A stretch of DNA of 62,414 bases, the filler included. It is 5 parts of 5 records of this genome, joined end to end, with 100 filler letters (N's around TTAATTAATTAA, not from the genome) between each part and the next. Parts side by side here need not be neighbours in the genome. Positions count along the whole stretch, not along the records: positions 25,299 to 32,685 come from DRR723986_7752; positions 32,786 to 49,803 come from DRR723986_7756; 3 more parts are not named here. One strand, 5' to 3'. The position numbers and the translations under genes were made by a program. How positions within the stretch are numbered: position 1 is the first letter of the stretch; each line of letters begins with the position of its first letter. Below are positions 31,471 through 41,136 of the stretch, piece by piece. Under the pieces are notes generated by a model that saw only the letters and a list, made by a program, of their open reading frames with translations, ran no database searches and had not been told where the DNA came from.

Positions 31471-32685
31471 TTGCCACGCTTGTCCCCCTCCCTGGAAACG
31501 GCTCTTGAAAAGGCCCTCACCCTGGCCTCCGAACGGGAGCATGAGTACGCCACACTCGAGCACCTCCTGCTGGCTCTGACAGAGGATGAGCACGCCAAGG
31601 AAGTGATGGGGGCCTGCAAGGTCGATATAGAGACCCTGACCTCGGAACTGGTCCGTTACATCGATGACGAGCTGACCAGCCTGATCGTCGAAGATGGGGA
31701 AGGCCGCGTTCAGCCGACCGCCGCCTTCCAGCGCGTGGTTCAGCGTGCCATCCTTCACGTCGAAAGTTCCGGCCGGGATGAAGTGACCGGTGCCAACGTG
31801 CTGGTCTCGATCTTCTCCGAGCGCGAAAGCCACGCTGCCTACTTCCTGCAGGAGCAGGACATGACCCGCTATGATGCGGTCAACTTCATTTCCCATGGCG
31901 TTGCCAAACAGCCTGGCATGTCGCGCCCGTCCAGCCCGCGCGGCGCCGAGCCGTCCGAAGAGGAAGCGGTGAAACAGGGGCACGAGGCGCTCGATGCCTA
32001 CTGCGTGAACCTCAACGCCAAGGCCCGCGCCGGCAAGATCGATCCGCTGATCGGCCGCGACATGGAAATCAATCGCTGCATCGAAGTTCTTTGCCGGCGG
32101 AACAAGAATAACCCGATCCTCGTGGGTGACCCGGGGGTCGGCAAGACGGCCATTGCCGAGGGCCTCGCCAAGAAGATCGTCGACGGCGAAGCTCCGGAGA
32201 TATTGGACGAGGCCATCATCTGGTCGCTCGACATGGGCGCCCTGCTGGCCGGGACCCGCTATCGCGGGGATTTCGAGGAACGCCTGAAATCGGTGATGAA
32301 GGAGCTCGAGCAGCAGGAGAAAGCCATCCTGTTCATCGACGAGATCCACACGATCATCGGCGCCGGGGCCACTTCCGGCGGCGCAATGGACGCGTCGAAC
32401 CTGCTGAAGCCAGCCCTTCAGAGCGGCGGTTTGCGCTGCATGGGTTCGACCACGTTCAAGGAATACAAGCAGCATTTCGAGAAGGACCGCGCCCTGTCCC
32501 GCCGGTTCCGGAAGATCGACGTGGTGGAGCCGACCGTGGCAGACGCCATCAAGATCCTGACGGGGCTGAAGTCCCGCTTCGAGGATTTCCACGGCCTTCG
32601 GTATACCAATGACGCGATCAAATCGGCGGTCGAACTGTCTGACCGCTACATCACGGACCGCAAGCTGCCGGACAAGGCCATCGAC
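31471..32685 (+). CDS. clpA: ATP-dependent Clp protease subunit ClpA (3'-truncated)
   Basis: HEYATLEHLLLAL, GDPGVGKT, FIDEIH, LPDKAID; follows clpS. Confidence 0.96.
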
Positions 32686-32785
32686 NNNNNNNNNNNNNNN
32701 NNNNNNNNNNNNNNNNNNNNNNNNNNNNNTTAATTAATTAANNNNNNNNNNNNNNNNNNNNNNNNNNNNNNNNNNNNNNNNNNNN
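32686..32785. other. Artificial contig linker
   Basis: N44-TTAATTAATTAA-N44. Confidence 0.98.
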
Positions 32786-33143
32786 AGCCTCGCTGACCGA
32801 TATGACTGAGGCCGAACTGCAAAAGGTCCTCAAACGCCTAGTTGCCTCCGGGTTCAGAGCCACTTCAAAGGGTGCTCGAAAAAACAAGCCTGCCCCCCGC
32901 GCGGATCTTCGCCTGGTGCATGTGCTCTGGGCCAAACTGGACGAGGTCGGTGCGCTGAAACAGCCGGGCCGTGCAGGCCTCAATGCGTTCATTCGCACCC
33001 AGTTCGGCAACACATGGGGCAGCGTTCCCGCTGATATCGACATGCTGCGGGACCAGCATCAGATCAACGCGGTGATCCAGTCCCTGATGGCCTGGGGCAA
33101 GCGGGCGGGCATCGACTTTGACTGGTCGGGCAATCTCACATGA
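32786..33143 (+). CDS. Mu GemA/gp16-like protein (5'-truncated)
   Basis: SLTDMTEAELQKVL, HVLW..L, GLNAFIR, VIQSLMAW; immediately upstream of the mor-like gene. Confidence 0.8.
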
Positions 33144-33520
33144 GCAAAGACCGCCCCTACCCCAAACCACCCGCTCAGGCCGAGCCTTACATCGAGGCTC
33201 TCGGGCTGGACGATACCTTGAAGCTGATCGAAGCATTCGGCGGAACTGAGATCTACATCGCTCAAAAGCCAGGTGCCCGCTCAAGCGTTTCGGCTTTGGT
33301 CGGCTATCCCAAAGCTAAGGCGCTTGCGAAAATCGAACACCGCCTTGCGCGCCGCGTCCCGCTGGTGAAAGAATGGCGCGCTCGGGTCTATAAATCTCAG
33401 GGCTTGAAAACTGTAGCAATAGCTCGCAAGCTGGGCGTGGCGGAAAGCACGGCGCGCACGTACCTTAAGGCGCTGCCCAAGTTTGACGATCCAAACCAGC
33501 CCCCTCTTCCACTGTTCTGA
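33140..33520 (+). CDS. Mor/C-like late transcription activator
   Basis: LIEAFGGTEIYI dimerisation motif, C-terminal HTH IARKLGVAESTARTYL, QPPLPLF tail. Confidence 0.82.
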   Translation: MSKDRPYPKPPAQAEPYIEALGLDDTLKLIEAFGGTEIYIAQKPGARSSVSALVGYPKAKALAKIEHRLARRVPLVKEWRARVYKSQGLKTVAIARKLGVAESTARTYLKALPKFDDPNQPPLPLF

Positions 33521-33528
33521 TCCGCTCC

Positions 33529-33575
33529 CCCACCGATCCCGGTGGGTGTAATCGCCCCGATCAAATCCGCATTCT
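33529..33575 (+). promoter_or_regulatory. Late promoter 1 (lysis/head operon): activator palindrome plus -10
   Basis: CCCACCG-ATCC-CGGTGGG-TGTAA, then 18 nt, then CATTCT; near-identical copy at 41701. Confidence 0.75.
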
Positions 33576-33614
33576 GATCCTCAACGACACACTCAATTGT
33601 CAGGGGTTTGGGGT

Positions 33615-34523
33615 ATGAGTTTCATAGGCGGCATTCTAGAGGGTGTCATTGTTCAAAACCCCATGTGGGTCGGCGACGCTATCACCCCTGAAATCGTTGT
33701 TTTGCATGACACCGCGTCGCGTATTTCTTACGGGTCCGCTGCCAACTATCTGGCCAACAATGACCGCAAGGTGTCCGTTCATTTTGTGATCGAGCGCAAT
33801 GGTGAACTTGTCCAGCAAGTCCCAATCGACCGCCAAGCCAATCACGCGGGCCGCTCGTCCTATCATGGCCGCAAGTGGTGCAACGGGTTCTCTATCGGAA
33901 TTGAAATCGTCAACCCCGGACGCATGACCCGGTATTCCGAGACCGAAGCGCAAGCCTGGTATGGACAACGCTTCGACATTCAGGATTTCGGCATTCAAGA
34001 GATCACAACGCCGGAACACGGTCACGGGCTTTGGATGCCCTACACTGAAGCGCAGATGGACACGCTCATCGATCTGCTTGCGGCCCTGTTCAATCAATCG
34101 GATGCGCTCCGGGACATCACCACCCATTGGTATGTGTCCCCTGGGCGCAAAGTGGATACAAACCCGCTCTTTCGGCTGGAGCATATCCGCTCTTTGATCC
34201 TTGGGCGCGAAGACCCTCAGAGCGAAGCCGCTGACAAGGCATCAACCCCGGTTGGCGGCGATGAGCTGGTGCAAATCGACGTGCCCGGAGACGCGCTGAA
34301 TTTCCGCCGCTGGCCCAGCTTTAACCCCAACGTGATCACCACCATTCCCGATCAGGCCATCGTGCCGGTTTTGCGCCAGGGCATGTTCAGTGGCCGTCAA
34401 TGGCTCTGCGTTCAATACGCCGGTCAGGAGGGGTGGATAGTTGCGCGATATGCGGCCCCGATCACCTCACCAAACGATACGGTGACCGGCTTAAAACGCA
34501 TCTTCACAGGAGGCACACCGTGA
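33615..34523 (+). CDS. Endolysin: N-acetylmuramoyl-L-alanine amidase (Amidase_2) with a C-terminal SH3b-like domain
   Basis: VVLHDT, VSVHFVI, NHAGRS, SIGIEIVN, THWYVSPGRKVD; C-terminal LNFRRWP...WLCVQYAGQEGWI. Confidence 0.9.
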   Translation: MSFIGGILEGVIVQNPMWVGDAITPEIVVLHDTASRISYGSAANYLANNDRKVSVHFVIERNGELVQQVPIDRQANHAGRSSYHGRKWCNGFSIGIEIVNPGRMTRYSETEAQAWYGQRFDIQDFGIQEITTPEHGHGLWMPYTEAQMDTLIDLLAALFNQSDALRDITTHWYVSPGRKVDTNPLFRLEHIRSLILGREDPQSEAADKASTPVGGDELVQIDVPGDALNFRRWPSFNPNVITTIPDQAIVPVLRQGMFSGRQWLCVQYAGQEGWIVARYAAPITSPNDTVTGLKRIFTGGTP

Positions 34524-35053
34524 ATACCAAACGCAAGATATTCAAGATCCTCGGGGCAGTCGCACCGACACTGGCAACCGCGCTTGGCGGGCCATTGGCT
34601 GGCGTCGCCACGCAGACGCTGGCTGACAAGCTGCTGGGCAACCCTGACGCCACACCGCAAGAGGTCGAGACCCGACTGATTGGCGCGTCCAGTGACGATC
34701 TGGTGCGCTTGAAAGAGATCGAGTTCGAATTCAAGGCCAAGATGCAGGACGCGGGGATCGAGCTGGAGCGCATCGCCGCTAGTGACCGCGACAGCGCCCG
34801 CACCCGTCAGGCCACTATGCGCGACTGGACGCCTTCGGTTTTGGGGCTCGCCATCATTGCCGGGTTCTTTGGGGTGCTTTGGTTTATTTTCCGCTCTGGG
34901 CTGCCTTCTGAAGGCGGCGAAGTCCTGATGATCATGGTCGGCGCGCTGGCCGCTTTGGTGTCTCAAGTAGCCAACTACTTCTTTGGCTCCTCGGTTGGGT
35001 CCAAAAGTAAGGAGGCCATCATTGCCGCCCTGAAACGGGGCGAGATCAGTTGA
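34520..35053 (+). CDS. Putative holin
   Basis: APTLATALGGPLAG, DRDSAR, two TMs, NYFFGSSVGS; directly after the endolysin. Confidence 0.75.
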   Translation: MNTKRKIFKILGAVAPTLATALGGPLAGVATQTLADKLLGNPDATPQEVETRLIGASSDDLVRLKEIEFEFKAKMQDAGIELERIAASDRDSARTRQATMRDWTPSVLGLAIIAGFFGVLWFIFRSGLPSEGGEVLMIMVGALAALVSQVANYFFGSSVGSKSKEAIIAALKRGEIS

Positions 35054-35397
35054 ACGTGGATATTGATCTCGCGCTAAAGGTCGTCAGCATTGCGCTCCCT
35101 TTATTTGGTGTTGGCTACACATTCTTTGCAACGCGTCGCAAGGATATCGACCGGCGTCTGGATACAGGTTCCAAACGCATGGATCAGCATGATCTGGACC
35201 TTCAGGCCTTGCAGCAGACGGTTTCGGCCTTGCCTGCAAAAGAAGACGTACACCGAATTGAGTTGGCCATGATGGAAATGACCGGCGAACTAAAAACCAT
35301 TGGCGCACATTTCGGCGGACAGCGCGACTTCATGCGCCGCATGGAAACCATCGTTACCCGACACGAAGACCACCTACTGAAAGAGAGCCAGAAATGA
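35050..35397 (+). CDS. Mu gp25-like (DUF2730) protein
   Basis: N-terminal TM, LPAKEDVHRIEL; position in the Mu gene order. Confidence 0.7.
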   Translation: MNVDIDLALKVVSIALPLFGVGYTFFATRRKDIDRRLDTGSKRMDQHDLDLQALQQTVSALPAKEDVHRIELAMMEMTGELKTIGAHFGGQRDFMRRMETIVTRHEDHLLKESQK

Positions 35398-35690
35398 GCT
35401 ATTCTGAAACCCTGCGCGAACACGCCCGGATTGCAATCCTGCGCTTTTTGGAAGGCGCGCCGCAATACACATCCAACGTATCGATGCTGAGCGCGCAGCT
35501 CCCTGCCGTCGGTATCGTCTATTCGCGTGATCAGGTCGAAACGGAACTGAGCTGGCTGGAAGACCAAGGCATGGTCGAGCTGGAGCGCAACGGCAGTTTC
35601 ATCGTGGCCACCGCTACCGTGCGCGGTGTCGAAGTCGCCCAGGGCATCAGCCGCCACCCCAAGATCCAACGCCCCCGTCCGGGGAGCTGA
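35394..35690 (+). CDS. Mu gp26-like winged-helix protein
   Basis: RIAILRFL, SRDQVETELSWLEDQG, RGVEVAQG...RPRP. Confidence 0.8.
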   Translation: MSYSETLREHARIAILRFLEGAPQYTSNVSMLSAQLPAVGIVYSRDQVETELSWLEDQGMVELERNGSFIVATATVRGVEVAQGISRHPKIQRPRPGS

Positions 35691-35693
35691 CCT

Positions 35694-36260
35694 ATGCCTC
35701 CGCCCAAAAAGCTGGACCTGATCCCCACTGAGATCCGCCAGTGGCTGGCTGAGCTGCTGATGTCCCACGGCTTTGGCAATATCGTCGAGGTCACAGAGGA
35801 GCTAAACACCAAGCTAGAAACCGAAGGCGTCGAAATCCGCCTGGGCAAGAGTTCGGTCGGGGATTTCTCCAAACTGCTAAAAGACCAGCGAGACGCCTTT
35901 GCGATGGCGGAAACCTTGCTGAACGACATGGACGTCGAAGCTGAAAGCAACATGCACAAAGTATTGATGCAGATGATTGCAACAGCGGCGTTTCAAATGA
36001 TGCAGAACATGTCTCAGCAGGACGGGCACTTCGATCCTAAAGGCCTCGCAAACCTAAGCCGCATGTTGAAAGACTTGATGCATTCGGCTGGCATCCGCGA
36101 AAAGCTCTTGGACGACGAACGCACCCGGATAGCAGAAGAAGCGCGCAAGTCGGCAGAAGCTGCTGCCAGCGAACGGTTCGAAGACGTCATCGGGGAAGCC
36201 GGTTTGAGCGAGGATCGGATTTCTGCCATGCGCACGAAATTCCTAGGGCTGAAGTCATGA
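35694..36260 (+). CDS. Mu gp27-like (DUF3486) putative small terminase
   Basis: KLDLIP.EIRQWL, GKSSVG, GLSEDRI...FLG; precedes the large terminase. Confidence 0.8.
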   Translation: MPPPKKLDLIPTEIRQWLAELLMSHGFGNIVEVTEELNTKLETEGVEIRLGKSSVGDFSKLLKDQRDAFAMAETLLNDMDVEAESNMHKVLMQMIATAAFQMMQNMSQQDGHFDPKGLANLSRMLKDLMHSAGIREKLLDDERTRIAEEARKSAEAAASERFEDVIGEAGLSEDRISAMRTKFLGLKS

Positions 36261-36356
36261 GCCAAGCCGACCTCATGATCAGCGCAATTGCCCTCGTAGG
36301 CGACCACAATTGGCGCAGCGAACTCGTTCTGGCCCCCCTTGCCGCATCAGGGGGCA

Positions 36357-38045
36357 ATGATGACCCCTCAATCTAGCGTCGCGCCCGAAAACCAAGTTCT
36401 ATCACGCGACCCCAAGCGGCTCCCCTCTGATCTACCGCTTGGCGCGGATCTACCCGACGACTTTGATCCGCTGGCCGACGGCATTCTGATGCAGCATCAG
36501 AAAGACTGGCTTGAAGATGCTAGCCCGCTCAAGCTCTGCGAAAAGGGACGCAGGACCGGCATCACCTTTGCCGAAGCCCTAGACAGCACCCTAACCGCCG
36601 CCGCCTCTCGAAAAGCGGATGGCGACAATGTGTTTTACATTGGCGACACCAAGGACAAGGGCCGCGAGTTTATCGGCTATGTGGCGCATTTCGCAAAGGT
36701 GATTGCCGGCGAGCTGGCCGAGATTGACGAATACATTTTCAAGGATGAACGCGAGGACGGTACATCCAAAGACATTACCTCTTATCGCGTCACCTTCAGC
36801 AGCGGGTTTCGGGTTGAGGCGCTCAGTTCCCGCCCCGCCAACATTCGCGGCCTTCAGGGAACCGTTGTCATTGATGAAGCCGCCTTTCACCAGGACGTTC
36901 GCGAAGTCATTGACGCAGTGAATGCCCTTTTGATCTGGGGCGGTCGTGTGCGGGTTATTTCCACCCACAACGGCGCATTGAATGCGTTTAATGAGCTGGT
37001 CCGCGAAGCCCGCGCTGGCAAGAACCCGTTCTCGGTCCATCACATCCCGTTCCAAGCCGCCATTGATAACGGGCTGTTCAAGCGCGTGTGCTTGATGAAA
37101 GGCTCCAAGTGGAGCCAAGACGCACAAGACGCCTGGGAGGCCCGGATCAGGGGCTCCTACGGGTCTCGCACCGCATCCATGATGCAGGAGCTGGACGCCG
37201 TCCCTTCGGATCTCGAAGGCGCGGCCCTGACCCGTGTACAGATCGAAGCTTGCATGGCGCAAAACATCCCCTTTGTGCATCTGCACAAACCGGACGCATT
37301 CAAGAACGCCCCCGATGAGGTGCGCAAATCCGAAACGCTGGAATGGTGCGAAGAGCACCTGAAGCCGGTTCTCGATAAGCTTGTCAAAAAGCGCAACCAC
37401 GTCGTGGGCGAGGATTTCGCGCGCAATGGTGACGCCACCGACATTGTAATTCTGGAAATCGGCGTCGATCTGGTGCGGCGCTCTAAACTGATTGTTGAGC
37501 TGCGCAACATCCCTTTCGATCAGCAGCGCGATATATTCTATTACATCTGCGACCGCATTCCGAACTTCATCAAGGGAGCCGTCGATAAAACCGGCAACGG
37601 TGCGTATCTGGCCGAAAAGGCCGCTCAGAAATACGGCCAACGCATAATCGAGGTAAGCCTGAGCCAAGACTGGTATGCCCGCGAAATGCCACCCTACATC
37701 GAGGCGTTTGGCGATAAGACCATCCTATTGCCCGCGCATGAAGACGTTCTGGCCGACCATCAGGCGTTGCAATACGTGAACGGATTGATCCGGGTTCCGA
37801 AAGATTTCCGCTTCAAAGGATCAGACGGCCTTTATCGGCACGGCGACAGCGCTGTCGCCAGTGCCCTGGCCTTTTTCGCAAGCCGTGAACCTTTTGGTGA
37901 AATCGATTATGAGCCGGTTACGGATACCCGCCAGCAAGATCTCTTTGGGGCGCAGCAGGGCGAGGCAATGTACGCGGACAACTCAGACGGCGGGCGCGAC
38001 TGGTGGGATCCGCCTTTGGGCAATCATCTGCGAGGGGGGATCTGA
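36357..38045 (+). CDS. Mu gp28-like large terminase
   Basis: EKGRRTGITFAEA, VIDEAAF, ISTHNG, DFARNGD, DKTGNG, RHGDSA. Confidence 0.93.
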   Translation: MMTPQSSVAPENQVLSRDPKRLPSDLPLGADLPDDFDPLADGILMQHQKDWLEDASPLKLCEKGRRTGITFAEALDSTLTAAASRKADGDNVFYIGDTKDKGREFIGYVAHFAKVIAGELAEIDEYIFKDEREDGTSKDITSYRVTFSSGFRVEALSSRPANIRGLQGTVVIDEAAFHQDVREVIDAVNALLIWGGRVRVISTHNGALNAFNELVREARAGKNPFSVHHIPFQAAIDNGLFKRVCLMKGSKWSQDAQDAWEARIRGSYGSRTASMMQELDAVPSDLEGAALTRVQIEACMAQNIPFVHLHKPDAFKNAPDEVRKSETLEWCEEHLKPVLDKLVKKRNHVVGEDFARNGDATDIVILEIGVDLVRRSKLIVELRNIPFDQQRDIFYYICDRIPNFIKGAVDKTGNGAYLAEKAAQKYGQRIIEVSLSQDWYAREMPPYIEAFGDKTILLPAHEDVLADHQALQYVNGLIRVPKDFRFKGSDGLYRHGDSAVASALAFFASREPFGEIDYEPVTDTRQQDLFGAQQGEAMYADNSDGGRDWWDPPLGNHLRGGI

Positions 38046-38188
38046 TGCCACGCAAATCTGATCAGCGTCACGGATACAATCAGCGCAGCCAATCCCCTGC
38101 CCCTGAAGAAACTGCGGAAATGGTTCACCGATTATGCATGTCCGCCCTGTTTCTCTTCGTCTTGTTCTTATGCCTCGGAGGTCTTTGA
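38045..38188 (+). CDS. Small (47 aa) putative membrane protein
   Basis: TGATG-coupled to the terminase stop and ends 1 nt before the portal start; hydrophobic C-terminus. Confidence 0.5.
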   Translation: MPRKSDQRHGYNQRSQSPAPEETAEMVHRLCMSALFLFVLFLCLGGL

Positions 38189-38189
38189 C

Positions 38190-39800
38190 GTGGCCAATAC
38201 ATCCCAAATCATCGACCGCTGGGGCCGCCCGATGCGCCGCGCAGCTCTTCTTGGAGAGGTTGCCGCCCCGACGATTGGTGGTGTGCGTTCTCCGGCAGCC
38301 GGCTACCCGGCGGACGGCCTAAACCCATTGCGCCTTGCAGCGATCCTGCGCGCCGCTGATCAAGGTGATCCGGTGCGCTACATGGAACTGGCCGAAGCCA
38401 TTGAGGAACGCGATCCGCACTATGTCGGCGTTCTTGGCACCCGCAGGCGGTCTGTCAGTCAATTGGACATCCGCGTGAAACCGGGCGGCAAATCCCCCAA
38501 AGCCAAGGAAATGGCCGCGCGTGTTGAGGACTGGCTGGACCGGGACGAATTGTCCGGTGAATTGTTTGATATCCTAGACGCGGTCGGCAAGAGCTACAGC
38601 TTTACCGAAATTCTCTGGGATCGATCCTCAGGCCAGTGGCAGCCGGGACAACTGGTGCGGCGTGACCAGCGCTGGTTCCGATTTGACCGGCGCGACCTCA
38701 CCACCCCCCTTATGCTTAATGAAGCGGGTCAAGAGGCCCCTCTGACAGCCTTCAAATTCATCTATGCCCGAATGTCCTCCAAATCCGGCTTGCCGCTCAG
38801 ATCCGGTCTTGCACGTGTTGCCTCGTGGGTCTGGTTGTTCAAGGCGCTCACCCAGCGAGATTGGGCGATTTTCACCCAGACCTATGGCCAGCCGCTTCGC
38901 CTAGGGCGCTATCCGGGCGGATCTTCTCAAGAGGACCGGGATAAGCTGTTCCGTGCTGTAGCCAATATTGCGGGCGACATGGCGGCCATCGTGCCAGAAG
39001 GCATGGATATCGAGTTCACCTCTGCGCCCAATCTCGCAGCCGCTGCCGACATCTATGAGAAGCGTTGCGACTGGCTGGACAAGCAAACGTCCAAGCTTGT
39101 TATCGGTCAGACCGCCACGACGGATGCAGAAACCGGCGGGCTTGGATCAGGCACAGAACACCGACAGGTTCAGGAGGATATCGAACGCGCCGACGCCAAA
39201 CAGCTCAGCGCCATCATCAACCAGGATCTGATCCAACCCTGGATGCAGCTTGAATTTGAAACGCTGGATGAAATCCCCCGCATTATCATTGGTCGCGAGG
39301 AGGAAGAGGATCTGGCCGCACTCTCGACCGCCATTGCCCCGTTCCTGACGCTTGGGTATCGCCCGAAACCGGAGACGGTCGAGAAATTTGGCCTCATTGC
39401 GCCCGAAACCCTATCACAACCAACACCGATGGGGCGCAACAGACCGGACAATACACCTGAGACTGGATTTGAATACCATTTGAATACCCGTGAAGGAAAT
39501 TCAGGGGCACTGACGACCCATCAGACTCAAGGGCACTCAGAGGGCCGCACAGCGCCTGAAGAACCTGAGACCATTTTGACCGGCGCGCTGGATCAGGCCG
39601 CAAGCCCAATGGTGGAGGCGATGATCGCCCAGATTGAGGCCATGCTAGAGGCGTCAAGCGGGTTGGATGAATTCCGCGAAATGATCCGCACTGGGTTTCC
39701 TAATTTAAACGAAAAGGAATTGGCGGACCTGTTCACGCAAGCGATGCAAACGTCTGAGGCCGGTGGGCGCGCAGCCGTTGAAGAAGACGCCGATGGCTGA
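38190..39800 (+). CDS. Mu gp29-like portal (DUF935)
   Basis: AILRAADQGD, EERDPH, YGQPLRLGRY, SKLVIGQTATT. Confidence 0.93.
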   Translation: MANTSQIIDRWGRPMRRAALLGEVAAPTIGGVRSPAAGYPADGLNPLRLAAILRAADQGDPVRYMELAEAIEERDPHYVGVLGTRRRSVSQLDIRVKPGGKSPKAKEMAARVEDWLDRDELSGELFDILDAVGKSYSFTEILWDRSSGQWQPGQLVRRDQRWFRFDRRDLTTPLMLNEAGQEAPLTAFKFIYARMSSKSGLPLRSGLARVASWVWLFKALTQRDWAIFTQTYGQPLRLGRYPGGSSQEDRDKLFRAVANIAGDMAAIVPEGMDIEFTSAPNLAAAADIYEKRCDWLDKQTSKLVIGQTATTDAETGGLGSGTEHRQVQEDIERADAKQLSAIINQDLIQPWMQLEFETLDEIPRIIIGREEEEDLAALSTAIAPFLTLGYRPKPETVEKFGLIAPETLSQPTPMGRNRPDNTPETGFEYHLNTREGNSGALTTHQTQGHSEGRTAPEEPETILTGALDQAASPMVEAMIAQIEAMLEASSGLDEFREMIRTGFPNLNEKELADLFTQAMQTSEAGGRAAVEEDADG

Positions 39801-41055
39801 GCCGTTTGCAGCCACGTTTCGAAAGCCGTTCAAAGAACAGGTCGCGGCCTTTCGTTTGCGCCTGGGCAATCTGGTGCCCACCTCCGCTTGGGACGACATC
39901 GAGCGCAACGCCCATGATCGCGGGTTTATGGTGGCGGGTGCGGTGAAGGCGGATCTGCTTGCGGATCTGGGCGCGGCGGTGGACCGAGCCATTTCCGAGG
40001 GCACCGGCTTTGAAGCCTTCAAAAAGGATTTCCGATCCATCGTATCGCGGCGCGGTTGGCATGGCTGGACCGGCGAAGGCACCAAGGGCGGCGAAAACTG
40101 GCGTATGCGGGTGATCTACAACACCAACATGCAGGTGAGCTATCAGGCGGGGCGTTTGGCCCAGCTCCGGGCCGGGAATTACAAATATTGGGTCTATCGC
40201 CACGGCGGGTCGCACGATCCCCGGCCAGAACACCTGGCACTGGACGGGTTGATCCTGCCCGCCGATCACCCCTTTTGGTCGATCTGGTTTCCGCCCAATG
40301 GGTGGGGCTGTAGTTGTCGGGTCTTTGGGGCGCGCTCTCTCAAGGGCGCAATTCGGCGCGGGGGTAATCCGGCTGTTGTGTTACCCCAAGGCTGGGACGT
40401 TCCCGATCCCCGCACGGGCGCACCAAAGGGTATCGATAAGGGCTGGGATTATGCGCCCGGAGCCTCCACGGCAGAAACAATCCGCGCGTTGACGCAAAAG
40501 GCCGTCAAATGGGACAATGTGCTGGCCAAAGAGTTTATGGCCGATCTGCCAACGCGCACGGTGGATGATTTCGCCGAAGGCTATCGACAGCAGCCAACGC
40601 TTCAAATCGAAACGCGCCGCTATGTCGAGCGGGTGCTGGGCGAGCGTGGTGGTGCGCCGATCTCAGCAGGCACCATCCAGCCCCAGCGCACTTTGGGGCG
40701 GCTGACGTCGCGCCATGTGACCGAACTGGAGCGGTTCGGCGCAAAAGCCGCCGGGTTTGATTTCTCAATAGAGCCGAATTCGGTGCAGCACGTGGTGCGC
40801 CGTCACACAAACACCAAGGTGGAACGATCCAGAGGTCAACGCGCCGTCACGCCTTTGGACTTTGCCCGCCTGCCCAGTTTTCTGGACGGGGCTTTGAAGG
40901 TGTCGGAAAACACTAGCTTCACCCCCGGACCTGGGCTGCGCTTGATGGAGTTTAAAATCCCGGTTGAAGGCGAAACTTGGCACGCGGTTTTTGAAATCCG
41001 CAAGCGTCGCCGAATGCTGGTCCTGAAAACGCTTTACATCAAAGGGAGAAGCTAA
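39793..41055 (+). CDS. MuF/gp30 head morphogenesis protein with a C-terminal extension (putative BECR-fold RNase)
   Basis: MuF motifs FMVAGA, IYNTN, PRPEH, PPNGWGCSCRV, GIDKGWDYAPG; extension carries QHVVRRH..E..RGQRAVT..DFARLP and LVLKTLYIK. Confidence 0.88.
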   Translation: MAEPFAATFRKPFKEQVAAFRLRLGNLVPTSAWDDIERNAHDRGFMVAGAVKADLLADLGAAVDRAISEGTGFEAFKKDFRSIVSRRGWHGWTGEGTKGGENWRMRVIYNTNMQVSYQAGRLAQLRAGNYKYWVYRHGGSHDPRPEHLALDGLILPADHPFWSIWFPPNGWGCSCRVFGARSLKGAIRRGGNPAVVLPQGWDVPDPRTGAPKGIDKGWDYAPGASTAETIRALTQKAVKWDNVLAKEFMADLPTRTVDDFAEGYRQQPTLQIETRRYVERVLGERGGAPISAGTIQPQRTLGRLTSRHVTELERFGAKAAGFDFSIEPNSVQHVVRRHTNTKVERSRGQRAVTPLDFARLPSFLDGALKVSENTSFTPGPGLRLMEFKIPVEGETWHAVFEIRKRRRMLVLKTLYIKGRS

Positions 41056-41136
41056 GGCGACCCGATCCCAACGTCCGAAGCGTTTCGCGGTAATTAGCGC
41101 GACGGTATGTGCCGCCTCAGCCAGTGAAATATAGCA

